Virus record (IMG/VR): IMGVR_UViG_3300028558_000016
Span: 342,014-406,013 of that record
Direction: 5' to 3' (one strand)
Length of the DNA stretch: 64,000 nucleotides
Source: a virus
Both the position numbers and the translations under genes were made by a program. The notes below the pieces were generated by a model, which was not told the origin of the DNA, searched no databases, and worked only from the letters and a program-made list of their open reading frames with translations. Below, piece after piece: positions 10,355-20,235 of the stretch (the stretch's first letter is position 1; the number at the start of each line of letters is the position of its first letter).

Positions 10355-12067
10355 ATGAAACAGACTAATAATAGTAAATTTTTAGATTCTAATAACATAG
10401 TGTCGATAGATTTAGAACTAAGAAAAATGTATGACGCAACTGGAGCCCAAACATTGGATTGGACTTCTGTTTCATCTGTTCCGTCTTTTGGAACAGCAAG
10501 ATGTGTATATCTCGTCCAAGACACAACAGACCAAACTAAACTCGGAGGAACTGCAAATAGAGTTTATACTACTTTCCAAACTGCTTATGATGCAGCTAAC
10601 GCTTTACAGGTTGCATTGGGAGGTACTAACATCGTTGATCTTGTAGTTGGAAATATGATAACCAACCAAGTTGCTAACACAATAACTCCAGCTGGCGGAG
10701 ACTTAACCTTGTCAGCAAATTTTAATGCACGTGTAAGAATTGTTGGAGCAAGTCCAATAGTTTCAACGCTTGGAAACATTATTGCCAATGGATTCACTAT
10801 TGGAGCAGGAAGCGCAGTAGCTACATTCAGCAATGTATCCATTGGAAATATCACAACAAGCCAAGCCGGAGCTTCTGGTAATGGTGGAAGTATTTCTTTG
10901 AGATTAAATAATGCAAAAATAGGAAATATTGATACATCAATAACAAATGCTGCTAATACAACTGGAAATGGTGGAGGTGTTGGAATTACAACTACTGTTC
11001 AGCTTGGGTCTATTGCACAAGTTGGTTCTATTGTAACATCGTCTAAAGCAACAACTACCACTGCCGGTGGATTATCTTTAACTGGAGGAAATATTACTGT
11101 TGGTGCAGTTACATTGTCAAACAATAATTTGGCAGGATTTTTGCAAATTAGTGGATTAAATAATTCAATATCATCATTCAGCAGTACAGTTACAGATTCA
11201 ACTGGAGGAACTCAGACTATATCAAACTGTTCTTTTGGAGCATTCACATCGTCTATATTTGGAGATACTTTTCCAGGAGATCCTATTTGGAAATTCCAAA
11301 ATTGTAGTTTTGCTGCAGTTACTATAACACAGAATGCTTCAAGCGCAAATCACGTATACGTTATTTTCAATAATTGTTTTCTACAAAATTTTGTAGGAGG
11401 CTCTGATTTTTTAACCACAGTATATGCGTACAATACAACATTTTGGGTAAGAGAAGGAGCAGGTGCTGGTATTTGTCCTATTCAAAACTTAGGAGATGAT
11501 TCTGCATTATTAAGCTGTGTTCTTTCAAAAGAACATCAATTCACTGTGCCGGTCATAAACAATCTTGGAACAGGATGTAAAATAGAAAATTCTTCATTAA
11601 GAGGAGGTTCTGCTTCTATATCAAGCACTTCAGGTGTTACAGTTAAATCTAACAATTCGATTTTTGAAAAAGGAAACATCCACGTAACAATAGAAAAAGA
11701 TGGTGGTGTTGTTAATTTGCCTGATGATGGTGCCGGAAATTTTTTATTTGATGCGTCTTCATATAGACATGCTATCGTAATACTAAATGGAAGTGCTGGT
11801 GGACCAAACACATTAGCGATTAGTAATATCTCCATAGGAGAAACCTATACAGTATTAATAAATAATGCGACAGGCGCTGACACTGTTACTATAGCAGATA
11901 GCAACGGACTTTACAGTTCCTATGTGGAAAGTACTGGTAGCTTAACTCCTGGTGGTGGTGGAGTTTATACACCAACTAACGAAGTTGGATCAATTGATAG
12001 ATTATTAATAACATTTGATGGTGCTAACATATACACTGCCGCTGCTGGTAAAAACTTTATAGCATAA
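10355..12067 (+). CDS. beta-helix tail fibre/tailspike-like protein
   Basis: Repeated N/C-containing short beta-strand motifs (NCSFAAVTITQN, NNCFLQNF). N-terminal segment GGTANRVYTTFQTAYDAANALQV is paralogous to the - strand gene 33707..37630. Confidence 0.5.
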   Translation: MKQTNNSKFLDSNNIVSIDLELRKMYDATGAQTLDWTSVSSVPSFGTARCVYLVQDTTDQTKLGGTANRVYTTFQTAYDAANALQVALGGTNIVDLVVGNMITNQVANTITPAGGDLTLSANFNARVRIVGASPIVSTLGNIIANGFTIGAGSAVATFSNVSIGNITTSQAGASGNGGSISLRLNNAKIGNIDTSITNAANTTGNGGGVGITTTVQLGSIAQVGSIVTSSKATTTTAGGLSLTGGNITVGAVTLSNNNLAGFLQISGLNNSISSFSSTVTDSTGGTQTISNCSFGAFTSSIFGDTFPGDPIWKFQNCSFAAVTITQNASSANHVYVIFNNCFLQNFVGGSDFLTTVYAYNTTFWVREGAGAGICPIQNLGDDSALLSCVLSKEHQFTVPVINNLGTGCKIENSSLRGGSASISSTSGVTVKSNNSIFEKGNIHVTIEKDGGVVNLPDDGAGNFLFDASSYRHAIVILNGSAGGPNTLAISNISIGETYTVLINNATGADTVTIADSNGLYSSYVESTGSLTPGGGGVYTPTNEVGSIDRLLITFDGANIYTAAAGKNFIA

Positions 12068-12202
12068 AATAAACCGAGAAACGAAACAAATCTCGAAAGA
12101 TGTGATAAGACTATCATCGAGAGAATCCGGTGAAGTTTAAGAAAGTTTCATCTTAAAGAAAACTTAAGACAAACATATTACGAACACTATTTGATACTTT
12201 AA

Positions 12203-12222
12203 CCCCGCTCTGCGGGGTTTTT
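12203..12222 (+). terminator. rho-independent terminator
   Basis: ccccgctctgcgggg hairpin followed by ttttt. Confidence 0.55.
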
Positions 12223-12258
12223 AGTTAAACATTATTCAAAGATTTTAATATAACAAAT

Positions 12259-12825
12259 ATGTTCACCATAATCAAAACTTTAGACCCATCGATAACCGAA
12301 GAACTTCTTTCTATCGCCAAGCAAGCCCCACTCAAAGCAGACGTTTCAACCTATGCCAAAGGAAGACAGAGAACTTTTCTTAACATGAATTGGGATTTCA
12401 GAGATCGAAAATTTGATAAGGATTGTTTTCAGAATGAAAGAATGTGGGAAATACTTAAAGGAATTTGGCCTGAAGCAGAAATAGGACTTCTCACATATTC
12501 AGGTGAAGAAAATCCAAAAGGAATAAACTTACACAGAGATGACAGCTATGCTGATTATGAAAGTTGGGGAGTTCAATTATCTGGAACCTGCGAATTTCAT
12601 TATATGGGAGGTTACAAGAATTTCAAATGGGAACAGGAAAGAGATCCAGAGATTGATCAATCATACACATTAAATCCAGGCGATGTTTTCAGGTTCAACT
12701 GCAAGAACAGACATAGCGCAATTCCAAGCATAAACAGATATGCTATAAACCTTTGGAAGATAGCAGAAAAATTCAAAAGAGATTACGACAATTCAATAAA
12801 CACAAAGATAACACCCCTATTTTAA
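12259..12825 (+). CDS. hypothetical protein (possible 2OG-Fe(II) oxygenase-like HxD...H)
   Basis: NLHRDDSY ... NRHSAIPS spacing resembles an HxD...H iron centre. Weak. Confidence 0.35.
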   Translation: MFTIIKTLDPSITEELLSIAKQAPLKADVSTYAKGRQRTFLNMNWDFRDRKFDKDCFQNERMWEILKGIWPEAEIGLLTYSGEENPKGINLHRDDSYADYESWGVQLSGTCEFHYMGGYKNFKWEQERDPEIDQSYTLNPGDVFRFNCKNRHSAIPSINRYAINLWKIAEKFKRDYDNSINTKITPLF

Positions 12826-13233
12826 ATGGAATTAAAAGATTTTATAAAAACCGTATTCGAGAAACCCGAAGAATATTTAGAACTGAGATCTGAAAAGGCA
12901 AAGTTCTTCTTCATGACACAGAGATTCATGAGCATTGCTTTCCCTATTCAGGCACAAGCGTTCAACCATATAAGAATCCCTCAAGCAGAAACAATGGATT
13001 ATTGGCATGAAAGCATGACGAAGCTTTACAAGAAGACTCCACCATGGATATACACTAAAACCAAGAAGGCTGAAAAGAAAAAAGCGAAGGAAGATATGCC
13101 TTCAGATGAAGCTGTCAACTATTACCTTGAAAGGATGAAAATGTCTAAAAGAGAGCTCACCGATGCCATAAAATTATTTGGTGAAGAAGCCATTGAACCC
13201 ATCAGAAGAATAGAAGCTATCATGAAGGAATAG
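12826..13233 (+). CDS. hypothetical protein (TAG stop)
   Basis: ORF begins immediately after the upstream TAA. Ends in TAG with an in-frame TAA two codons later. Confidence 0.4.
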   Translation: MELKDFIKTVFEKPEEYLELRSEKAKFFFMTQRFMSIAFPIQAQAFNHIRIPQAETMDYWHESMTKLYKKTPPWIYTKTKKAEKKKAKEDMPSDEAVNYYLERMKMSKRELTDAIKLFGEEAIEPIRRIEAIMKE

Positions 13234-13262
13234 AATATATAAGAAAAGAATTCTATCATTAA

Positions 13263-13796
13263 ATGTCTAAGAACAATGGTTTTGTAGAAGGTTACGGAAA
13301 ACCACGCTTTATAAAAGGTATAGGTCCGGATGAAATACCTACTACTCCGGTACCGCCATCACAAACAGGTGGATTTACAGAAGGATATGTTGATGGTGGA
13401 GAAAGGGATATTAAACCTTTCAATCCAAATCAGCAAGTCATCGAGGAGATCATAATAGTTCCGCCAGCAGGCGGAAATGGTGGAATTCTTTTCGTTCAAT
13501 ATGTTACGTCAGTAAATGCCACGTTTTCAGATGGAGATTTCATAACATCAGACTCTTTTGCATTCGTGCCAGTAACAAAATCGGATATGTGGATAACCGT
13601 CAATGGTCTTCCGATATATCCAGCAAATGGAGTGACCGAAGTTTCTACAAGCGCATTTTATGTGACTGATTCGACTGGGTCTATAATAAGACCGAAAGGA
13701 ACGTATCAAGTAGGAGACATGTTTAAATGGAATGGCAGCATCGCCAATTATCAAATTGAGACCGACGATGAAATAAAAATTGTATACGAAGTTTAA
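13263..13796 (+). CDS. hypothetical protein
   Basis: Clean ORF. ATGA-type junction with the next gene. Confidence 0.4.
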   Translation: MSKNNGFVEGYGKPRFIKGIGPDEIPTTPVPPSQTGGFTEGYVDGGERDIKPFNPNQQVIEEIIIVPPAGGNGGILFVQYVTSVNATFSDGDFITSDSFAFVPVTKSDMWITVNGLPIYPANGVTEVSTSAFYVTDSTGSIIRPKGTYQVGDMFKWNGSIANYQIETDDEIKIVYEV

Positions 13797-15607
13797 TGTC
13801 AATATACGCTTTAGCATTTACAACAAACAACACTCTTGGCCACATAGGAAGCTATAGGATAATTTCTTATTCCGATGCTTTCTTAAATGTGATTTCTATA
13901 GATGACGTATTTGATTCCGTATCTGGAGAAACAGATGGATATTATGCCAAGAGAAGCTTCAGATATAGCAAGGATGGAAGCAATTGGTCGTTGTGGATAG
14001 ATTTCGTTCCAAGCAATCAGTCTCCAGAAAATATGGCACCAATAAGAAATTTGGTGTTCGATCCCGACCTTCAATATTATTTTGAGTTCAGATACATGGT
14101 GACGGATGTTCCAAACTTCAGTCCTCAGCTTGATCCTGGAGAACAGATTTCTCCAGAAATAACATTAGACACTTTTGACATTGGAATAACATTTAAAAAC
14201 AGAGACCCATTTGCAGGATTCAACATTAGGCCTGTGAATGGATTGTGCTCAGATGAATTTTACACAATTCCAGTTTTATTTCAAAACACTAACTTCACAT
14301 TTGATCCATACAACGTGAACAGAGGAGTTGCGCTCTATCAAGATCTTTCTTTGATGGTGAACAACGTTTTCGGATTCATGGTCAATTATTATAGAGTCAT
14401 TCCACAGTGGAGAGCCAAGGATATTGTGTTGAAAGAATATACTATCAAATCAGTTCAAAGCGAGAAGTGTATTAAGGTTCTTGTTCCAAACAATGAGTTT
14501 CCAGATAATAAGGTAAACTACAATGAATTTGGAATTGATTTTCAACAACCGTTCGAGATTCATATCGACAAAGGATATTGGGAAAGTTTTTACGGAAAAG
14601 GAACCATGCCTCAGAAGAGGGATGTTATTTATTTCCAATTAAACAATAGGTTGTACCAAGTTCAATCAAGCTACATTTACAGAGATTTCATGCAACAGCC
14701 TTTATATTTTAAAGTGCTTCTTGTTAAATACGAAAACTACGCAGACACAATCATACCAGACGACATTCAGTCAACTCTTGACGACATAACTATTTCCACA
14801 GAAGAATTGTTCGGTGAGGACATTCAAAAGGAGATGGATAAGATAACCAAGCCTCAGCAGTATGTCACAATAACATTTGACTCAGATCCTATAAGAGAGA
14901 AAGTATTGAGAGTTCTCCCAATAACAAGATATGATTTCTATGTGAATTGGACTTTGGTGGCAGAACATTTTTATTCCATGAACCAACCATTCTTGCAATT
15001 TGACGGTTCAAACGTTGAAGCAGTTAAATACAGAATTAAATCAAAAGTGCTTGCAAACGAAAATAGGTCGTTTACTTGTTGGTTCCAACCTCAATTGAAT
15101 ACTAAAACTTCTGACAAGACAAGACCTTTATTGAGAGGAATGAATGAGTCAGGTCTTGGTGTTAATATTGATTTGATGTTTTCAAACACGGCTTTAAATG
15201 TTGCACCAAGTCAAATTGTGTTATCATTAAATGCTGATCAATACATATTCAATTTGCAAAAACAATTAAACAAGGATACTTGGTATGCGCTTGTGGTTAA
15301 TTGGAGCAACGAATTTAGTCAAGCGAGTGTAGATCTTTATACACAGCAACAGGCATCTAATCAGTTGTTAAGAATATCACATGAACAGAAGAACATTGTT
15401 TCAGCTGTATTTGATACTGATACTAATTACACGTTGCTTGTGAGTCCGTTGAATTTGACAAACATCAGATTGTTCAACGAGATGCTCGAGGAAGAACATC
15501 ACAACATAGTGTTAAACCAATTAGTTATTAAAGATTCTGAGAAGGCAATAATAATAGATAACGCTAAACCTATATTAAGGCTTCCACGTATTGCTAATCC
15601 TAAATAA
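13796..15607 (+). CDS. hypothetical structural protein (603 aa)
   Basis: Long ORF placed after the fibre genes. Confidence 0.4.
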   Translation: MSIYALAFTTNNTLGHIGSYRIISYSDAFLNVISIDDVFDSVSGETDGYYAKRSFRYSKDGSNWSLWIDFVPSNQSPENMAPIRNLVFDPDLQYYFEFRYMVTDVPNFSPQLDPGEQISPEITLDTFDIGITFKNRDPFAGFNIRPVNGLCSDEFYTIPVLFQNTNFTFDPYNVNRGVALYQDLSLMVNNVFGFMVNYYRVIPQWRAKDIVLKEYTIKSVQSEKCIKVLVPNNEFPDNKVNYNEFGIDFQQPFEIHIDKGYWESFYGKGTMPQKRDVIYFQLNNRLYQVQSSYIYRDFMQQPLYFKVLLVKYENYADTIIPDDIQSTLDDITISTEELFGEDIQKEMDKITKPQQYVTITFDSDPIREKVLRVLPITRYDFYVNWTLVAEHFYSMNQPFLQFDGSNVEAVKYRIKSKVLANENRSFTCWFQPQLNTKTSDKTRPLLRGMNESGLGVNIDLMFSNTALNVAPSQIVLSLNADQYIFNLQKQLNKDTWYALVVNWSNEFSQASVDLYTQQQASNQLLRISHEQKNIVSAVFDTDTNYTLLVSPLNLTNIRLFNEMLEEEHHNIVLNQLVIKDSEKAIIIDNAKPILRLPRIANPK

Positions 15608-15687
15608 TTTTTTTCAATTAGATTATTATTTTGCTATATTTGTATCTGTTAGTCGTATCTGATAATGTTAAACTAAAAAAAAGAAAA

Positions 15688-15942
15688 ATGAACATTTTTG
15701 TAAGCAATCTGAACTTCAAGATGACTGAAGATCAGCTAAGAGAAGAGTTCGAGAAATACGGAGACGTAAGCTCGGCCAAGATCATCAAGGACAGGGATTC
15801 CGGAAGAAGCAAAGGCTTTGGTTTCGTAGAAATGCCTGAAACAGAAGATGCCAATGAGGCAATAAAAGAATTAAACGGAGCAGAGATCAATGGCCGTGCA
15901 ATCGTTGTTAACGAAGCGCGTCCAAAGACAGCATCACGATAA
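15688..15942 (+). CDS. RRM-type RNA-binding protein
   Basis: MNIFVSNLNF (RNP2-like) and KGFGFVEM (RNP1-like) motifs. About 85 aa from the internal ATG at 15688. TAtaTTTG -7 element at 15635-15642. Confidence 0.7.
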   Translation: MNIFVSNLNFKMTEDQLREEFEKYGDVSSAKIIKDRDSGRSKGFGFVEMPETEDANEAIKELNGAEINGRAIVVNEARPKTASR

Positions 15943-15966
15943 TATTCTCTTCGCGAAAAGAACAAG

Positions 15967-16000
15967 AAAACCTCTGTACGAAAGTGCAGAGGTTTTTTTA
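15967..16000. terminator. bidirectional rho-independent terminator
   Basis: cctctg-tacgaaagtg-cagagg hairpin followed by a T run. Sits between the convergent + strand gene and the - strand tRNA. Confidence 0.6.
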
Positions 16001-16005
16001 TTTGC

Positions 16006-16079
16006 AGAACTCCAAGTGGGGATCGAACCCACGACCAAAGGTTTTAGAGACCTACGTTCTACCACTGAACTATTGGAGC
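16006..16079 (-). tRNA. tRNA with anticodon CUA (amber suppressor); G1-U72, U73
   Basis: Reverse complement folds as a cloverleaf. D-stem gttc/gaac, anticodon loop cuCUAaa, T-arm gtggg-ttcgatc-cccac. The 27:43 position is a U-U mismatch. Confidence 0.55.
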
Positions 16080-16080
16080 A

Positions 16081-17094
16081 TTAAGAGAAGATTTCTTTAA
16101 TGTGAGAGTCTAATGTTTTTTCATCGAAATGTGACAGCAATTCTTGTTCTGAGATCATTTTAATCATTCCACCCATTTCAGTTATTTTGGAAATAACATT
16201 TTCGTACCAATAGGCTTCCGTCTGTCCTGTATTTTTAATTTTGAATATTGGACCCTTTGTTTGTTTTGAAAAACCTACAAACTCAAAATCACTTGTGAAG
16301 TTCATCATGAGTCTGTCATCAGCAGGATCTTCAAGACCTACAATGTTTGCATACCACGTTAGGTCTAATATTTTGGTTGCATTTTCAAACGAAGGTGTTT
16401 TGCTTTGTATTTGTAAATTACGTACATTTACTCCGTGCATCGTAGTGTCAAGTTGTAATTTTCCATAGTATATTAATCCGTAAGAATAATTATATCCTTG
16501 CCTATTGCTGCAGGTATCACCTTTGGCAGTGTCTTGACATAAAAATATTTGGCCACCTTCTAATGTTATTTTTCCTTTAGCAGGTTTATAACCGCTTCCG
16601 GCATGATCGATTTCTCCTACGAACATTTGTCCTTGGTAAAAATCTTCTACGACTAATTCTGATTGTGGCTTGTTGATAGGTGAAAATTGTTCAGTCATTT
16701 TAATAGGTTTTTTCGTAAATTTATCTTCCATAACAGATCTCATCAACCATTGTTTTTCTAAAAGATTAGCAGGTCTGCAATTTCTTCCAGTTATCCAAGG
16801 AGTGCATTCATGAATTTTACCTTTGTTATTTGAATCTTTCCTGAATGTTTCTGTTACGTCAGAAGATTCAGTTACATGAGTAATGGTTGACACATAATAA
16901 TGAGAATGTGCACGATCTTTATCGTCGGTATGCTCTTTAAATTTGAACACAATCTCGAGATCCTTTTGTATTCCATCAGCATCATCCAACATTTCGTGAC
17001 AGTGATAAATTTCTCCAGGTACAAGGTCCTCAACCTTAAGCGATTCCATTTTAATCTGTTTAAATGCGTAGCTTAAAACCTCTACCATGAACAT
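16081..17094 (-). CDS. hypothetical protein (337 aa)
   Basis: ORF on the - strand immediately upstream of the suppressor tRNA. Start overlaps the 17060 gene. Confidence 0.45.
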   Translation of the reverse strand: MFMVEVLSYAFKQIKMESLKVEDLVPGEIYHCHEMLDDADGIQKDLEIVFKFKEHTDDKDRAHSHYYVSTITHVTESSDVTETFRKDSNNKGKIHECTPWITGRNCRPANLLEKQWLMRSVMEDKFTKKPIKMTEQFSPINKPQSELVVEDFYQGQMFVGEIDHAGSGYKPAKGKITLEGGQIFLCQDTAKGDTCSNRQGYNYSYGLIYYGKLQLDTTMHGVNVRNLQIQSKTPSFENATKILDLTWYANIVGLEDPADDRLMMNFTSDFEFVGFSKQTKGPIFKIKNTGQTEAYWYENVISKITEMGGMIKMISEQELLSHFDEKTLDSHIKEIFS

Positions 17095-17569
17095 TTAGAA
17101 TTTCAATGCTGCTATCTTGTTTTAAATAAGCTCTCAGCTTTGTAATGTAAACATCCATGCTTCGGCTGTTGTAATAATTGATGTCTCTCCAAATTTCTTT
17201 CAACGCAACATTTCGTTCAAGCTCAGTGTTCATGCAAAGCATTTTGAGTAATTGAGTTTCTTTGTTTGTCAATTTCTTGTCAATTGAATTTAGAGTTAAA
17301 ATTCTCTTGTTTTCATTGAACATGTATTTACCAATTTTGAAATTGACTTCATCATTGGTTCTGATTTTAGTATCAAGACTCATGTCCTTCATCATTGTTT
17401 CCATCATAGACTCTTCGGTCCTGCCATTGAATATCATGACATTCGCGTCGATGTCCTCGATCCCTGCTTCCTTTAAGTTGAACAGTATCGGTTCGTTGTT
17501 TTTAAGCTTCTCGATATTCTTATCGCTCAAGCCTAAAATTATTGTGTTTCCTACTTTTGCTTTTATCAT
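17060..17569 (-). CDS. OmpR/PhoB-family winged-helix DNA-binding protein without a canonical receiver domain
   Basis: C-terminus ALKEIWRDINYYNSRSMDVYITKLRAYL...GRGFKL matches the OmpR effector-domain pattern (RtVDVHI.rLR...vRG.GY). The N-terminal ~95 aa lack receiver-domain motifs. Confidence 0.55.
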   Translation of the reverse strand: MIKAKVGNTIILGLSDKNIEKLKNNEPILFNLKEAGIEDIDANVMIFNGRTEESMMETMMKDMSLDTKIRTNDEVNFKIGKYMFNENKRILTLNSIDKKLTNKETQLLKMLCMNTELERNVALKEIWRDINYYNSRSMDVYITKLRAYLKQDSSIEILNVHGRGFKLRI

Positions 17570-18300
17570 GGTTTTTTGTATAATTCTGGTCTGTCATGTA
17601 ATCCATTGAATTGGATAAATGATTTTGCTATCTTATCAAAGTCCTTGTCATTTTTAATTTCATATCTTTCCACGGCATTAAAAAATCCATCGTCGGCCGT
17701 GCATCCGCCATAACTCTCACCGATGTAAAGAAGATACTGTCCAGGCTTCATGGCATTCCATATCATGTGAGCCAACGGATCCATATAAGGCCAAGACAAC
17801 ACGAACATATCTGCATCTTCTGCCTGCTTGACGAATCTAACCGCATCCTCTTGTTTAACTATTGGAAGAAAATTGTTTGATTTCTTGTAATGGGCCCACG
17901 TCTTATTGTCAACGGCTTCCTTTAATGGTATTCCATATTTTTTCATCCAATGAGAGAACCAGCCTGTTCCGCAACACAATTCGTGCACAACCTTCATCTT
18001 CTTCTTATCACAGAACTTCTTCATGGCAGTAAGCATCTCGTCATTATAAGCGACGAACGAATGTTCGAGATACATCTCTCTAATAACGAAAGGACTCATC
18101 CATTTGTTCTCATCCTTGATTATATCCTTAATGGATTTAATTGACAATAGGTTGTCATACGGGTCTCTTACATGCTGTGTGATTACTTTTCTTGATGGAA
18201 GCTTCTCAGACGACAAATCGAATGTAGAACGGATTGCTTCCGTAACATCCTGGTCGAGGGTTTCTATCAGTGAACCGTATCTTTTTTCAGCCCGTGTCAT
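17566..18300 (-). CDS. putative SAM-dependent methyltransferase
   Basis: VHELCCGTGWFS resembles motif I. LSWPYMD is a possible motif IV. 4-nt overlap with the downstream gene. Confidence 0.4.
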   Translation of the reverse strand: MTRAEKRYGSLIETLDQDVTEAIRSTFDLSSEKLPSRKVITQHVRDPYDNLLSIKSIKDIIKDENKWMSPFVIREMYLEHSFVAYNDEMLTAMKKFCDKKKMKVVHELCCGTGWFSHWMKKYGIPLKEAVDNKTWAHYKKSNNFLPIVKQEDAVRFVKQAEDADMFVLSWPYMDPLAHMIWNAMKPGQYLLYIGESYGGCTADDGFFNAVERYEIKNDKDFDKIAKSFIQFNGLHDRPELYKKP

Positions 18301-18374
18301 TGTAGCAATTTACCAAAAAACCATGAATCTTTTAAAGATATATAGATCAAATACACAAATTAACTAAAATCGCC

Positions 18375-18974
18375 ATGCTTAAGTACGTAAAATTATATGA
18401 GTCTTTTCTTTCTGAGGCACAGGCCGAGGTCACCACGACTAAGACTATCAAGCTGAATAAGGGAATTCAAGAGAAGGTTAAATTGGCAGCAGAATTAAGC
18501 TCCCAATTGAAACATGCTACAGCCGATTACGAGGCAAAGATAAAACCAATGCAAGAGGTTCTTAACAAGTATGATGAAGAGATCTTAAATGCTTTAACGG
18601 CTGTTAATGCTAATCAGGCAAAGGTTGAAGACATCATCGCAAAAGTTATGATGGCCAAAGGAAGAATGACTGACTCTTACAAAACTCTTTGGGAAGAAGC
18701 ATTGAAGAAAATGAATGACGCAACAAGAAAAACAATGTTGGAAATTCAAGCAGCAAACAAGAAGCAAAATCCAGATAAGTACTGGATGGAATATGTTAAG
18801 GAAGAAGCAATGACTAACGAAGGTTTCAAGGACATCCAAGAATGGGGTTCTAAATTGGTTAACAAATTTAAAACTTGGGTTAAAGACGTTTGGTCTAAAG
18901 TTAAGAATGCGATTGGCGAACATGAGAAAGCAGTCGACAATCTCGAAGCAGTTGCAGCAAAACTTCCTAAATAA
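18375..18974 (+). CDS. hypothetical protein (coiled-coil)
   Basis: Charged, helical-looking ORF. Confidence 0.4.
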   Translation: MLKYVKLYESFLSEAQAEVTTTKTIKLNKGIQEKVKLAAELSSQLKHATADYEAKIKPMQEVLNKYDEEILNALTAVNANQAKVEDIIAKVMMAKGRMTDSYKTLWEEALKKMNDATRKTMLEIQAANKKQNPDKYWMEYVKEEAMTNEGFKDIQEWGSKLVNKFKTWVKDVWSKVKNAIGEHEKAVDNLEAVAAKLPK

Positions 18975-19651
18975 TGAAAAACCTTCTCCTCTACGAGAAA
19001 TATATTGCTCCATTTGATTCTTCCATGAAGAAGGCAAAAGGACGTTGGGATGCATTACATGCATCAGATGAATTCGTTGAGAAGGCAGTTGATGCCATGT
19101 ATAAATGGTTCTATGGTGGATTCATGTCAGGCCCTCACAAGCACGACAGTGATTACATTATAGAAATAACTAACGTGTTTAAAAACATAGGAAAAGTTTA
19201 TCACACTCCAGTTGATAAAAGCATGTTTAGAATTGCTCACTTACACATTGAACCTGGAATGGGAACAAAGGAAATAAGAAAGATAAGCAAAACGCAATCA
19301 GGTCCTAAGCAATTACAAAGTTGGTCAACTACAAAGGAAGGTGCTGAATGGTTTTTCAATCATTTTGTGAGAGACCAAAATCAAGATGCAGTGTCACATC
19401 CGTCGAGGACGTGGGTTTTGTTAAGTACTGAAGCAGAGAATCTGAATCAGCTCTTGACATTTGAAGAATGCATGCAGTTTTTATATGACATAGGTCACAT
19501 GGATTCTAATGTGGAAATGCTGGCAGATAGATTAGTTTCCAACGACATGTTGAAATTGCATGAATTGATATGTGATACTCCAAAAGAAGTTCCAGTCAAG
19601 ATAGAAAACATTCTCGTTCCGCCAGTAAAGAAAACAACAAAGAAGAAATAA
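18974..19651 (+). CDS. hypothetical protein
   Basis: ORF with a TAATG junction. Confidence 0.4.
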   Translation: MKNLLLYEKYIAPFDSSMKKAKGRWDALHASDEFVEKAVDAMYKWFYGGFMSGPHKHDSDYIIEITNVFKNIGKVYHTPVDKSMFRIAHLHIEPGMGTKEIRKISKTQSGPKQLQSWSTTKEGAEWFFNHFVRDQNQDAVSHPSRTWVLLSTEAENLNQLLTFEECMQFLYDIGHMDSNVEMLADRLVSNDMLKLHELICDTPKEVPVKIENILVPPVKKTTKKK

Positions 19652-19796
19652 TGGCCTGGATACCACCGAATTATAGAAGTAAATCAGCGTCTAAGGACAG
19701 AGACGAAAACGTTTTCATGTACAAGAAGAAAAAGAAAGGTGCAAAATCAATGGTTAGCTCTTTCAAGGGATTCAAAGAAATAAAGAAAATGAAATA

Positions 19797-20234
19797 ATGA
19801 GCATAAAGAAATTTGAAGATTTCTTCATCAATGAAGATAACAAAACAATAAAGGTAAAAGAAGTTGAACCTTATGGTGGAATGTATTCAGATGAGAACGG
19901 TGATAAATATTATCAAGACGACAAGAAAAACATTTATAAGCAAGTAGATGGAGTATGGCACATTTGCACAGACTCAGGTGAAGCTGAATATCCTGTTCGT
20001 TATACGATTGAAATAGACGAGGCAACTAATGAAGCTAAGATCAATGAAGTTGGTCCAATGAAATTTACAAAGTCGACTGCCGGAATGATTCCTGCGAATA
20101 AAAAGCAAGAATTTAAAACAGACGTTAAGCTAAAGAAATCCGAATGGGATGCAATGTTTGATAAAATAAACAAATTGACTTCAGCTAAACGTGCAGAAAT
20201 AATAAAGAAGCTCCACCAAATGGGGTTGATGTAA
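19797..20234 (+). CDS. hypothetical protein
   Basis: ORF. Confidence 0.4.
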   Translation: MSIKKFEDFFINEDNKTIKVKEVEPYGGMYSDENGDKYYQDDKKNIYKQVDGVWHICTDSGEAEYPVRYTIEIDEATNEAKINEVGPMKFTKSTAGMIPANKKQEFKTDVKLKKSEWDAMFDKINKLTSAKRAEIIKKLHQMGLM

Positions 20235-20235
20235 T

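Noticed and set aside
12259-12825. Calling 12259..12825 and 27942..28718 as 2OG-Fe(II) oxygenases
   Set aside because: Only loose HxD...H spacing supports this, with no further motifs. They are left as hypothetical proteins with a low-confidence note.
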